Shown here in pieces: positions 7,350 to 16,517 of a stretch of DNA of 40,692 nucleotides. The position numbers were made by a program, and so were the translations under genes. The stretch spans positions 1-40,692 of the forward strand of contig JAGHAU010000011.1 in the NCBI GenBank assembly GCA_021161345.1. The letters are read 5' to 3'. Origin of the DNA: Anaerolineales bacterium. Its GTDB lineage: Bacteria > Chloroflexota > Anaerolineae > Anaerolineales > UBA11858. Every line of letters starts with the position of its first letter. The stretch's first letter is position 1. The notes beneath the pieces are model-generated. The model was not told where the DNA came from. It did no database searches and was given only the letters and a program-made list of their open reading frames with translations.

Positions 7350-8339
7350 ATGCCAACTAACCTGCCTGCCGACTATTTCAATGCTGAGGAGCGCTTCCGG
7401 TCAGCCACAACGGCGGAAGATAAGATCAAATATCTGGAAGAGATGATGGGTACTATCCCCAAACACAAGGGGACAGATCATCTCAGGGCTGATTTGCGGA
7501 AAAAGCTTTCCAAATTGAAAACTGCCGCTACCTCAAAAAAGAGCTCAAAAAAGCAGGTGTCCGCCTATCACATCAACAAAGAAGGGGCCGGACAGATTAT
7601 CATCATCGGCACTACTAACGTAGGAAAATCCAGCCTGGTAGCCAATCAGACCAATGCCGACCCCGAAGTGTCTGAGGTGCCGTTTACCACCTGGACAGCC
7701 ATGCCGGGTATGATGAAGATTGATAATATTCAGGTGCAGGTGATTGACACTCCTCCAATCGGTGATGAATATATCGACCCCGAATTCCTGAACCTGATCC
7801 GGAGGGTGGACCTGGTATTGCTCATGATCGATCTGCATGCCAATCCGGTCCAGCAATTGGAATTTGTTCAGCAGAAGCTGCAGGAAAACCGAATTGCTCC
7901 CAAGTATCTGGAGGGCCAGATCGAAGTTGAGGGTTTTTTACTGCATGTACCCACATTAGTAGTTGTGAATAAATTTGACAGCGAAGAATATGAGGAGCAC
8001 TACCAGATCTTCAAGGAGCTGCTGGAGCAGGAGTATCCCATGGTGCCGGTCTCAGTTCAGACCGGGCACAATATTGATGCTCTCAAGAGAACGATCTTCG
8101 AAAAACTGGGGGTGATCCGGGTCTATTCCAAAGCGCCCGGCAAAGACGTTGATAAATCGTCGCCTTTTGTAGTTGACCAAGGCATCCAGCTGGGTGATTT
8201 TGCTGGCAAGGTGCATAAAGATTTCCAGGAAAAACTTAAATCTGCCAAGATCTGGGGCACCAGCGCTGATTTTGACGGCCAGATGGTCAGCCGGGATCAT
8301 GTGCTGGAAGATGAAGACATTGTGGAGCTGCAGATATAG
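7350..8339 (+). CDS. DRG-like (OBG superfamily) GTPase with C-terminal TGS domain
   Basis: IPKHKGTDHLRADLRKKLSKL, G1 GTTNVGKS, G2 PFTT, G3 DTPP, G4 NKFD, TGS-like AKIWG...GQMVSRDHVLEDEDIVEL. Confidence 0.88.
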   Translation: MPTNLPADYFNAEERFRSATTAEDKIKYLEEMMGTIPKHKGTDHLRADLRKKLSKLKTAATSKKSSKKQVSAYHINKEGAGQIIIIGTTNVGKSSLVANQTNADPEVSEVPFTTWTAMPGMMKIDNIQVQVIDTPPIGDEYIDPEFLNLIRRVDLVLLMIDLHANPVQQLEFVQQKLQENRIAPKYLEGQIEVEGFLLHVPTLVVVNKFDSEEYEEHYQIFKELLEQEYPMVPVSVQTGHNIDALKRTIFEKLGVIRVYSKAPGKDVDKSSPFVVDQGIQLGDFAGKVHKDFQEKLKSAKIWGTSADFDGQMVSRDHVLEDEDIVELQI

Positions 8340-8406
8340 AGAGGATGCTATGCGTCCTGACTGAGGACTGAAGACGGAGAAGCTGCGCTTCGAGCCGGTT
8401 TTTCTA

Positions 8407-8452
8407 AACTGTCATTGCGAGGAGAGAGCGCAGTGATTGACGAAGCAATCTC
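8407..8452 (+). repeat. GTCA-type REP-like palindromic element
   Basis: AACTGTCATTGCGAG...CGAAGCAATCTC; related copies at 9603-9634, 12843-12968 and 21064-21169. Confidence 0.8.
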
Positions 8453-8581
8453 TCCTAATTATTGATAAATTCTTTTATATTTCGATTTTCCGTTTACAAT
8501 ATTTAAACATTAGGGGAATTTATTGGTAGGAAGGCTGTCAATCATAGGTCCCTGATCTTTCAGGGAAGAAAGGAGATAGTC

Positions 8582-9358
8582 ATGGAAACACCACAAACCG
8601 AAGCCAATATCCCACAGGAACAGGAAAAGAAACGCTCTCCCTGGCTGGTCGTCCTGCTCATTTTACTTATTCTGATGATGGGCTGCTGCATCTTAGGCGC
8701 GATCCTGTGCCGGGGTACCAGCAGGCTGCCGGATCTCCTGGACCGGATCATCACCGAGATTCCGGGAAATGAAACTGGAGATAATGACTTTTGGGGATTG
8801 GTGGATGATTTAATTAACAATCCGGAAGGATTTTTCCCTGATGGAGATTTCCCCGAGTTGGAAGAATTTTTCCCTGATGGAGATTTCCCTGAGATGGAAG
8901 AATTTTTCCCTGAAGATCCATCGGGCGGGAGCATATGCAACGGTTTGAGTGGGAATCTGGAAATGCAGGTCCGGGTCGGTCCCGCGGAAGTAGTGGGTTT
9001 AGAACCTCTGGGGATTGGAAGCATTCCACTCTCTGTAGAACCTGCTGCTGGAGCATATCAAGTCACAGGATACGGGACGATTGATTTTCAGGATCAATTG
9101 GATACTGATTGGGGATTTTATGTAGTGACTTTTGATTCAACTGCAAACCTGAGCGGTACATGTATTGGGGACGAGGAAAGTGGAGAATTAAACGTAGTCG
9201 TCCATACAGAAGGAGAGCAGTTGATCCAGGTATTTGTAGGAGCTGATGAATGGTCCTATCCCTGGTCTGGTGAGTACGAGTTTGTTTTGGAATTCCCGAT
9301 CGAGGATGGAGCTGAAGTCAGCGGCGAAGGCTGGGCTTTTGTTCTTCACCTGGACTGA
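8582..9358 (+). CDS. Hypothetical membrane-anchored acidic protein with a 12-aa tandem repeat
   Basis: SD AAGGAG; single N-terminal hydrophobic helix with GCC; FFPDGDFPE(L/M)EE repeats; beta-rich C-terminus. Confidence 0.8.
   Translation: METPQTEANIPQEQEKKRSPWLVVLLILLILMMGCCILGAILCRGTSRLPDLLDRIITEIPGNETGDNDFWGLVDDLINNPEGFFPDGDFPELEEFFPDGDFPEMEEFFPEDPSGGSICNGLSGNLEMQVRVGPAEVVGLEPLGIGSIPLSVEPAAGAYQVTGYGTIDFQDQLDTDWGFYVVTFDSTANLSGTCIGDEESGELNVVVHTEGEQLIQVFVGADEWSYPWSGEYEFVLEFPIEDGAEVSGEGWAFVLHLD
8831..8913 (+). repeat. 36-bp in-frame tandem repeat (about 2.3 copies)
   Basis: TTTTTCCCTGATGGAGATTTCCC(C/T)GAG(T/A)TGGAAGAA twice plus a partial third copy. Confidence 0.9.
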
Positions 9359-9405
9359 CATCTGCGATCAATCTATAAAATAGAAAAACAGAATAACGAA
9401 AAATG

Positions 9406-9435
9406 CGATCCCCTGTGTATAACAGGGGATCGTTT
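9406..9435 (+). terminator. Intrinsic terminator-like hairpin
   Basis: CGATCCCCTGT-GTATA-ACAGGGGATCG-TTT. Confidence 0.7.
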
Positions 9436-9541
9436 CGTTAAGCTCATGCTCGTAAACGATTGAAAAGATTAATTCCGCCGAAGATAAACAGATAAAGGAA
9501 TAAGGAAGTTGGATCGGTTCACAGTAAATCCAGATTTGCTC

Positions 9542-9569
9542 AAACGCCCGTCCCCGGGCGTTTTTTTTT
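9542..9569 (+). terminator. Intrinsic terminator
   Basis: AAACGCCCG-TCCC-CGGGCG followed by T9. Confidence 0.8.
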
Positions 9570-9570
9570 A

Positions 9571-9597
9571 CCTCACCGGGGACGGTTCGGTGAGCAA
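9571..9597. repeat. 27-bp hairpin repeat, copy 1 (copy 2 at 13076-13102)
   Basis: CCTCACCGGGGACGGTTCGGTGAGCAA vs CCTCCCCGGGGACGGGTCGGCGAGCAA, 24/27 identical. Confidence 0.75.
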
Positions 9598-9602
9598 AAG
9601 AC

Positions 9603-9634
9603 GAGATTGCTTCGCTGCGCTCGCAATGACAGTT
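9603..9634 (-). repeat. GTCA-type REP-like element, inverted relative to 8407-8452
   Basis: GAGATTGCTTCGCTGCGCTCGCAATGACAGTT. Confidence 0.8.
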
Positions 9635-9737
9635 GGTGAATGAATTGATCGCTTCCCCATATCGTATTCAGGGCAGGCTGTTAGTCACTCCGCACCTGCC
9701 TCTCGTTGACTGAAAGGCATGTTATGATAGGGGGGTT

Positions 9738-10901
9738 ATGAAACTTTCAAAAAAGACCTGGTATCAAATTATCAGTTCAACACTAGTGCGGATGGTTTAC
9801 AACACCGGTTTCCGGATGGTTTTTCCATTTCAGCCAATGTTAATGAAAGGGTTTGGGATCAGCCTGGAGGAAATTAGCCGCATGTATGCCGGCCAATCCC
9901 TATTAGGAATTATCAGTCCTCTTCTGGCATCAGTTGCCGATACCAAAGGGCGCAGGACTGGGATGCTGGCCGGGATGGTCCTTTTCAGCCTGGGAACACT
10001 GGTGATAGTTTTCCAGCCCACACCGCTGGGATTTTTTATTTTTCTAGTTTTATCAATGTTGGGCAAGGCTATATTTGAACCTTCGGTAATAGCCTATTTT
10101 GGAGACATAATCCCCTTTGAACGCCGGGGATTTGTATTGGGGATCACTGAAATAAGCTGGTCCCTGGCGTTTTTTGTGGGAGTTCCGGTCGCTGGTTTCT
10201 TTATGAGCCAATACGGTTTACTGGCCCCTTTCATCGTCCTGATTGTATTGAGTCTGCTGGCATTTCTATTTGTGCTGTTTCTTTTCCCCATGGATACGCC
10301 TCCTGCAACTTACGGGAGAACAATATTTTCAAATTTCAGCCTGGTGCTCAAGTCAGGTTCAGCATTGGCCGGTATATCCGTGATGTTATTGATCTGTTTG
10401 GCCAACCAGTTGATTAATGTCGTTTTTGGGGTCTGGTTAAACAGTTCCTTTGGCATGCAGATAGCTGCCCTCGGGGGAGCATCCGCGGTCATTGGAATTG
10501 CTGAATTAGTCGGAGAAGGGGGAGTTAGCGCTTTTACAGACAGGATCAGTTCCAAAAAAGCAGTTTCTATAGGATTGATAGGCAGTGTTCTCTCTTCCGC
10601 AATTCTCCCCTTGCTGGGGAGTTCGGCTTGGGGGGCTTATCTGGGACTGTTCCTTTTTTACCTAACATTCGAATTTACTATAGTAAGTATGCTTCCAATG
10701 ATGACTGGAGTGCTTCCGGCTGCCCGGGGGACGTTAATGTCAATAAATATCGCCAGCGCGAACCTTGGGAGAGGTCTTGGTTCGTTGATCGCGGCGCCCA
10801 TCTTTTTGGGTGGATTCTGGATGAATGCCCTGGCCGCGGCAATCGTAAACCTGCTGGCGATACTTGTGTTGCGGTATGTAATTGTTCAGGAAACGAAATA
10901 G
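9738..10901 (+). CDS. MFS transporter
   Basis: About 12 hydrophobic segments; motif A-like ADTKGRR and TDRISSKK; ERRG and ARG loops. Confidence 0.9.
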   Translation: MKLSKKTWYQIISSTLVRMVYNTGFRMVFPFQPMLMKGFGISLEEISRMYAGQSLLGIISPLLASVADTKGRRTGMLAGMVLFSLGTLVIVFQPTPLGFFIFLVLSMLGKAIFEPSVIAYFGDIIPFERRGFVLGITEISWSLAFFVGVPVAGFFMSQYGLLAPFIVLIVLSLLAFLFVLFLFPMDTPPATYGRTIFSNFSLVLKSGSALAGISVMLLICLANQLINVVFGVWLNSSFGMQIAALGGASAVIGIAELVGEGGVSAFTDRISSKKAVSIGLIGSVLSSAILPLLGSSAWGAYLGLFLFYLTFEFTIVSMLPMMTGVLPAARGTLMSINIASANLGRGLGSLIAAPIFLGGFWMNALAAAIVNLLAILVLRYVIVQETK

Positions 10902-10903
10902 TT

Positions 10904-12682
10904 CTACTCGATTGGTAGATCCTCCAATTCTTTCACCATTCCACCTATGACATCAAAACCGCCCTGCCAGAAATCCTGGCTGGCGATATCGATCCCGGAT
11001 TCTGCGAGAATCGCCGCCGGGGCTTTGGAGCCGCCTGCTTCCAGGATCTTGATGTAGCCGGGTTTAAAGCTGTCGCCTTCTTTCTGGTAGCGTTGATAGA
11101 GTGATAAAACTAGCAGCTGTCCGAAAGCATAGGCGTATACATAAAACGGGGTGTGATAGAAGTGAGGGATGGAAACCCATTCCCAGCGGAACTCATCACT
11201 GATCGATACTGCTTTCCCGAATTGTTTCTTCAGGTTTTCCATATACATCTCGGACAGATCATCGATAATGGCTCCATCTTTGATCATCTTGTGAGCTTCC
11301 CGTTCAAAGAGGGCAAAGAAAGACTGCCGCATAATGGTTGCGTAAGCATCGTCGACCTGTTTGAAGAGAATATCCCGCCGCACAGCTGGATCCTTCTCCT
11401 CGGAGAGCAGCTTATCAATTAATAACATCTCACCAAAGGTGGAGGCGTTTTCAGCCAGAGGCAGGGAGGAATGATAGGTGAAGACACTGTGATCCGCTGC
11501 CAGCAGGGCATGGATGCCGTGTCCAAGTTCGTGAGCCATGGTGGCGACGGAGTCAGCAGTTCCCTGGAAGTTTAACAGCACCCAGGGCGAGAGGTCCTTG
11601 TCTACGGACCAGCAGAACGCGCCGCCCCGTTTACCCTTGCGGACTTCGCTGTCTACATGGCCGTCGGCGATGATCTTTTCAGCCAGCTGGGCAACTCGGG
11701 GATCAAAAGTTTGGAAGGCATCCAGCACCATGTCCACACCTTCCTGGAATGTATAGGTTTTATCTGCCTGGGCTACTACGGGCGCGTAGATATCATAGCG
11801 GCGCAGTTGCTCAGTTTTGAGCCAGCGCGCTTTAAGGTCAAAGAAACGCTGAAAAACAGGGGCGTTTTTCTGGCAAACATCCAGGAGAACGTCCACAGCT
11901 TTGTCAGGCACGTCGTTGCGCAGGTTGCGGACCGAGATCGGGTTATTGTATTTTCGTAGATCGATATTCTCGTTAGCCCAATCGCGCGCCACAGTCTGGT
12001 AGATCTGTCCCAGGATGGGGCCATCATCAGCATATACTTTGTAAAGCTCCTGGTAAATAGCTGACCGCAGCTTAGGATCGTGATGGCGGGCATACACCAT
12101 TAATTCGCCCCGGGTTAGGTCCTTTTCTTCTCCGTCTATGTCCACTTTGAAGGAATAGCGGTTGGTGATTGAGTCATAAAGTGTGATCAGGGCGCTGAAA
12201 CCGGTCACGTTTTTAATGTTGAGTATTTTTTCTTCCGGTTCAGTGAGTGTGTGCGGAGTGTAGTGGCGCATTTCCTCCAGCCAGTATTTAAGATCGCCAG
12301 ACGCAGCCATTAACTGGTCTGCGGTAGCCTGGTCCAATTCTTTCCACCACAGGCTGAAGAAGAGGGTTTTATTCTGGAGCCCGACTAGGAATTGCTCGAT
12401 CCGGGCTTGCAGGGCCTGGGCGTCCTGGTCCTGGGTGTCCTCGGTGAACCACAACCCAGCAAAACCATACAGCCGGTTGCTCTGTTTGGTGATCTCTTCC
12501 AGTTCGGTAACGATCTTCAGAAAATCCTTTTCGTCGATCTCAAGATCCAGTTCGGGTCGCAGTTTCTCGAATGACTCGATGGAACCTTCGAGTTTTTTCA
12601 TAGCGTCCGCGTATTCTGGTGACTCATGGCCTGGGAAGAGGGCGTTTAAACTCCAGCGTTCCTGTTTGTAAGCTGCTGTCAT
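10904..12682 (-). CDS. pepF: Oligoendopeptidase F (peptidase M3B)
   Basis: GKRGGAFC, HELGH zinc motif, LAENASTFGE, IPHFYHTPFYVYAYAFG. Confidence 0.93.
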   Translation of the reverse strand: MTAAYKQERWSLNALFPGHESPEYADAMKKLEGSIESFEKLRPELDLEIDEKDFLKIVTELEEITKQSNRLYGFAGLWFTEDTQDQDAQALQARIEQFLVGLQNKTLFFSLWWKELDQATADQLMAASGDLKYWLEEMRHYTPHTLTEPEEKILNIKNVTGFSALITLYDSITNRYSFKVDIDGEEKDLTRGELMVYARHHDPKLRSAIYQELYKVYADDGPILGQIYQTVARDWANENIDLRKYNNPISVRNLRNDVPDKAVDVLLDVCQKNAPVFQRFFDLKARWLKTEQLRRYDIYAPVVAQADKTYTFQEGVDMVLDAFQTFDPRVAQLAEKIIADGHVDSEVRKGKRGGAFCWSVDKDLSPWVLLNFQGTADSVATMAHELGHGIHALLAADHSVFTYHSSLPLAENASTFGEMLLIDKLLSEEKDPAVRRDILFKQVDDAYATIMRQSFFALFEREAHKMIKDGAIIDDLSEMYMENLKKQFGKAVSISDEFRWEWVSIPHFYHTPFYVYAYAFGQLLVLSLYQRYQKEGDSFKPGYIKILEAGGSKAPAAILAESGIDIASQDFWQGGFDVIGGMVKELEDLPIE

Positions 12683-12842
12683 GGGTATCTCACTTTTCTA
12701 ATTAGGGTTTATTTTTTAAAATTGCATAAGGTTTAGCGATTATACATCATGAACCAATTGGTGTCCAAAAAAGGGTTCTAGAGGAGGGGCCCTGAAACGC
12801 CCGGACCGAAGACAGAGGACGGAAGACGGGTGGAGCTATCCG

Positions 12843-12968
12843 ATTGTCATCCTGAGCGGAGCGAAGGATCCATAAGGCGATTTAGTACAAAAAAATCAAC
12901 CATAAAATGCCCTTGTTTTTTTACTGTCGGTGCCAATATGGATTCCTCACTGCGTTCGGAATGACAAT
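12843..12968. repeat. REPIN/MITE-like inverted pair of GTCA-type REP units
   Basis: ATTGTCATCCTGAGCGGAGCGAAGGATCCATA (12843-12874) and TATGGATTCCTCACTGCGTTCGGAATGACAAT (12937-12968) form imperfect 32-bp inverted arms. Confidence 0.8.
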
Positions 12969-13075
12969 GCTGAAGGGGTTTTGGATTGCGGCATAACAGC
13001 CCGATTGATCGGGCGGGGTTATGAGCCCAGTCATTGATGACCGGTTTTTGAAGGATTGAATTTTTTTATTCAATG

Positions 13076-13102
13076 CCTCCCCGGGGACGGGTCGGCGAGC
13101 AA
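13076..13102. repeat. 27-bp hairpin repeat, copy 2
   Basis: Matches 9571-9597 at 24/27 positions. Confidence 0.7.
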
Positions 13103-13281
13103 GGGTGGGATAATTGGGATTATTGATCTCATCGTTGGGCAATCAATCACCGGCAGAGGGCAGCGCCACTTGAAATGTCATCCTGAACGGAGTGACGGAT
13201 CGACTAGCGAAAAGAGCCAAATCTTAGAGCGAAGGCCCTGTGTGAAATCGACGGGCCACAGTCGAAGAGCTGCCCTCCACA

Positions 13282-13290
13282 TGTTATAAT
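13282..13290 (+). promoter_or_regulatory. Extended -10 promoter of glyQS
   Basis: TGTTATAAT about 80 nt upstream of the ATG; SD AGGAG at 13361. Confidence 0.65.
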
Positions 13291-13372
13291 TTTCTGACAG
13301 TTTCATATCTTTTTTTGATTGATTTCAAAGCTATCTTAATCCTGATTTTTTCAGGATATCAGGAGTTTTTTT

Positions 13373-16300
13373 ATGACTGAAATACTCGATTTCCAATCCC
13401 TGATCATGACCCTGGAGAAGTTCTGGGCTGATAACGGCTGTTTGATCTGGCAGCCCTACCATACTGAGGTTGGTGCTGGAACCATGAACCCGGCCACATC
13501 GCTGCGGGTTTTGGGCCCTGAACCCTGGAATGTCGGATATGTGGAACCCTCTATCAGGCCAGACGATGGCCGCTACGGAGAGAACCCCAACCGTTTTTAC
13601 CAGCATACCCAGTACCAGGTGATCCTCAAACCAGATCCGGGCAACCCCCAGGAACTTTACTTGAAATCCCTGGAAGCGCTGGGTATCGACCCGATGCTCC
13701 ATGATATCCGATTTGTGGAGGATAACTGGAAATCACCAGCTCTGGGCGCCTGGGGCCTGGGATGGGAAGTGTGGTTGAACGGGCTGGAAATCACCCAGTT
13801 CACCTATTTCCAGCAATCAGGTGGTCAGGCTCTGGACCCGGTTTCTGTTGAGTTGACTTATGGCCTGGAACGCATTGCTATGGCATTGCAGGGAGTGCGC
13901 GATTTTAGGAATATCCGCTGGAATGACACCTACACCTACGGGGATGTTCAGCTGCAAAGTGAACAGCAGTTCAGCAAATATGCTTTCGAGCTGGCGGATG
14001 TGGACAATATGCGTGAAATGTACCGCCTGTATGAGGAAGAAGCCAATCGCTGTCTGGAAGCAGGGATGGTGTTACCTGCCCATGATTATGTGCTGAAATG
14101 TTCCCATACCTTTAACCTGCTCGATACCCGTGGAGCAGTGGGTGTCACAGAAAGAGCCGGGTATTTCCGCCGCATGCGGGATCTTTCCCGCAAGGTGGCG
14201 GATGCCTACCTGGAAGAACGCCAGCGGATGGAATTCCCCTGGCTGGGCAGGGACTCCAGGGAAGGATCTGGTGAAGTGAAAGAATCCAGTGCAAAATACC
14301 CGTCCAAACCAGCACCCTTTGTGCTGGAAATTGGCACCGAAGAGCTGCCCCACGGGGATATTGAGGACGCTATTCAGCAGCTGGAAGAGAAAGTACCAGC
14401 AGCCCTTGAAAGTTTGCGGCTTGATTATGAGGGATTGAAAATCCTGGCAACTCCCAGGCGGCTGGTGGTGGAGGTTGAGAAACTGGCCGATAGGCAGGAA
14501 GATCTGGAGCAAACAGTTAAAGGTCCTCCCCAGGAACGGGCCTATGATGACGATGGAAAACCTACCCGGGCAGCAGAAGGATTTGCCAGCTCAAAAGGCG
14601 TTTCAGTCGAAGATCTGGAGATCCATGAGATCGATGGCGGAAAATACGTTGTGGCTGTAGAGAAGAAAACCGGGTTGGCAGCCCATGAAGTCCTCTCCAT
14701 AGCGTTACCTGATCTGATCCAGTCGATTCGTTTTGGGCAATCTATGCGCTGGAACGATCCCTCGCTGGCATTTTCGCGGCCTATTCGCTGGTTGTTAGCC
14801 CTTCATGGAGAAGCTCTTGTTCAGTTCTCATACGCGGGGTTAACTGCAAGGCCCTTTACTCGCGGACTGCGATTCATTGATGGGGGAAAAGAAATTGCGG
14901 TTAAATCTGTCCAGGATTACCTGGCTGTGCTTGAAGAACAAGGCATTTTACTTGATCAGGACCAGCGCCAACAGCGAATCAAGAACGATCTGGACACCCT
15001 GGCTGCCAAAGTTGGTGGTGTGGTCAGCGAAGACCACTCATTATTAACAGAAGTGACCCATCTGGTAGAAGCGCCAACTGCATTGCTGGGCAAATTTGAT
15101 CCAGCATTCCTGGATCTGCCACGCGAGGTGCTGATCTCGGTAATGAAAAAACATCAACGCTACTTCCCGGTTGAAAAAGACGGCAAGCTGCTGGCGAATT
15201 TCATTACCATTGCCAATAAAAAGTCAACTGAAAATGAATACCCGGAAATGCCCATGATCACTGAAGGCAACGCTGATGTGATTCTGGCCCGTTTTGCGGA
15301 TGCCAGATATTTTGTGAAGGCAGATCTAGAAAAGAAGCTGGCCGATTATCTGCCGGCGCTGAATTTGTTGACTTTCCAGGTCGACCTCGGTTCTATGGGG
15401 GATAAAACCAAAAGGATTCGCAGCCTGGTAGATGAGCTAGCTCCCCTGCTGGACCTTTCTGAAGATGATCTGAAAATCACTCGCCGTGCAGCTGAACTCT
15501 GCAAGGCGGATCTGGCGACCCAGATGGTGGTGGAAATGACTTCCCTGCAGGGAGTGATGGGTTACTATTACGCCAAGAACTCGGGCGAGGATGAAGCCAC
15601 AGCTGCTGCGATCCGGGAACATTATTTGCCAGCTTCGTCTGGCGATCCAACCCCTCAGACCAAAGCCGGACTGGTGGTAGGCCTGGCTGACCGGCTGGAT
15701 TCATTGGCAGGATTGTATGCCGCGGATCTGGCACCAACTGGAAGCAAGGATCCCTTCGCGCAGCGCCGGGCGGCTCTGGGATTGGTTGGCAACTTAATCA
15801 GCTGGGACCAGGATCTGGATTTGAAGAAGGCTCTTGATAAAGCGATCATTGAACTTCCTATCAAGATGGAATCGGAAACGCGCGAAGCCTGCTTGTTATT
15901 CATCAGCGATCGTTTGCATAATTACCTCCGGGAGCAGGGATATGCCCATGATGTGGTGGATGCGGTGGTTGCCGTCCAGGGCCAAAATCCTGCCAGCGCA
16001 TTCCGGGCAGTAAAAAGTTTAACTGATCGGGTCAAACACAAGGATTGGGAAAAAACCCTGGATTCATTCGCCCGCTGTGTGCGCATCACCCGTGATCTAG
16101 AGAAGATTTTCCCTGTGGATGAGAAATTGTTCAAGGAACCAGCTGAAACTGCCTTATTTGAATCCGTAGAAAAAACCGAGAAGGTTAAATTGCCAGACGG
16201 AGACCTGGATGGATTTTTCAATTTATTTGATCCTTTGATCCCACTGATCACAGATTTCTTTGATAATGTACTGGTGATGGATGAGGACCTGGCTCTGCGG

Positions 16301-16381
16301 GAAAATCGTCTCGGACTTCTGCAGATAATTGCCGGTTTAGCGGAAGGCATTCTTGACCTGACTCGACTGGAAGGTTTCTAG
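13373..16381 (+). CDS. glyQS: Glycine--tRNA ligase, fused alpha/beta subunits
   Basis: Alpha: [42 protein letters not shown]. Beta: [44 protein letters not shown]. One uninterrupted ORF. Confidence 0.97.
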   Translation: MTEILDFQSLIMTLEKFWADNGCLIWQPYHTEVGAGTMNPATSLRVLGPEPWNVGYVEPSIRPDDGRYGENPNRFYQHTQYQVILKPDPGNPQELYLKSLEALGIDPMLHDIRFVEDNWKSPALGAWGLGWEVWLNGLEITQFTYFQQSGGQALDPVSVELTYGLERIAMALQGVRDFRNIRWNDTYTYGDVQLQSEQQFSKYAFELADVDNMREMYRLYEEEANRCLEAGMVLPAHDYVLKCSHTFNLLDTRGAVGVTERAGYFRRMRDLSRKVADAYLEERQRMEFPWLGRDSREGSGEVKESSAKYPSKPAPFVLEIGTEELPHGDIEDAIQQLEEKVPAALESLRLDYEGLKILATPRRLVVEVEKLADRQEDLEQTVKGPPQERAYDDDGKPTRAAEGFASSKGVSVEDLEIHEIDGGKYVVAVEKKTGLAAHEVLSIALPDLIQSIRFGQSMRWNDPSLAFSRPIRWLLALHGEALVQFSYAGLTARPFTRGLRFIDGGKEIAVKSVQDYLAVLEEQGILLDQDQRQQRIKNDLDTLAAKVGGVVSEDHSLLTEVTHLVEAPTALLGKFDPAFLDLPREVLISVMKKHQRYFPVEKDGKLLANFITIANKKSTENEYPEMPMITEGNADVILARFADARYFVKADLEKKLADYLPALNLLTFQVDLGSMGDKTKRIRSLVDELAPLLDLSEDDLKITRRAAELCKADLATQMVVEMTSLQGVMGYYYAKNSGEDEATAAAIREHYLPASSGDPTPQTKAGLVVGLADRLDSLAGLYAADLAPTGSKDPFAQRRAALGLVGNLISWDQDLDLKKALDKAIIELPIKMESETREACLLFISDRLHNYLREQGYAHDVVDAVVAVQGQNPASAFRAVKSLTDRVKHKDWEKTLDSFARCVRITRDLEKIFPVDEKLFKEPAETALFESVEKTEKVKLPDGDLDGFFNLFDPLIPLITDFFDNVLVMDEDLALRENRLGLLQIIAGLAEGILDLTRLEGF

Positions 16382-16413
16382 ATTTTATCCCTTGATTGTA
16401 ATTGAACACTATC

Positions 16414-16455
16414 ATCCACCCTCTACCCAAAAGGGCGAAAAGAGGGCGGATTTTA
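16414..16455 (+). terminator. Putative hairpin/terminator after glyQS
   Basis: ATCCACCCTCT...AGAGGGCGGAT-TTTA. Confidence 0.45.
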
Positions 16456-16476
16456 TTATAGAAGTATCCCTGAGCT

Positions 16477-16485
16477 TGGTATAAT
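16477..16485 (+). promoter_or_regulatory. Extended -10 promoter of dnaG
   Basis: TGGTATAAT 32 nt upstream of ATG 16518. Confidence 0.6.
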
Positions 16486-16517
16486 CGGTTCTAATCCTTT
16501 TTATCGTGGTGAAATCT

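Noticed and set aside
8350-8364. SD plus ATG CGT CCT GAC TGA after the GTPase as a selenoprotein or pseudogene start
   Set aside because: The TGA lies inside a heptamer repeat, read-through enters a REP unit, and no SECIS or homology is recognisable.
8831-8913. 36-bp repeats as a CRISPR array
   Set aside because: The units are contiguous with no spacers, lie in frame within a CDS, and there are no cas genes.
12921-13289. Short ORFs 12921-13142 and 13056-13289
   Set aside because: They are read-throughs of REP-like repeats (VIPNAVRN, CHPERS) with no SD or recognisable domain.
12970-13372. T-box riboswitch upstream of glyQS
   Set aside because: AAGGGTGGGA at 13101 lacks the ACC-GCG continuation, no stem I motifs are recognisable, and the likely promoter is only about 80 nt from the ATG.
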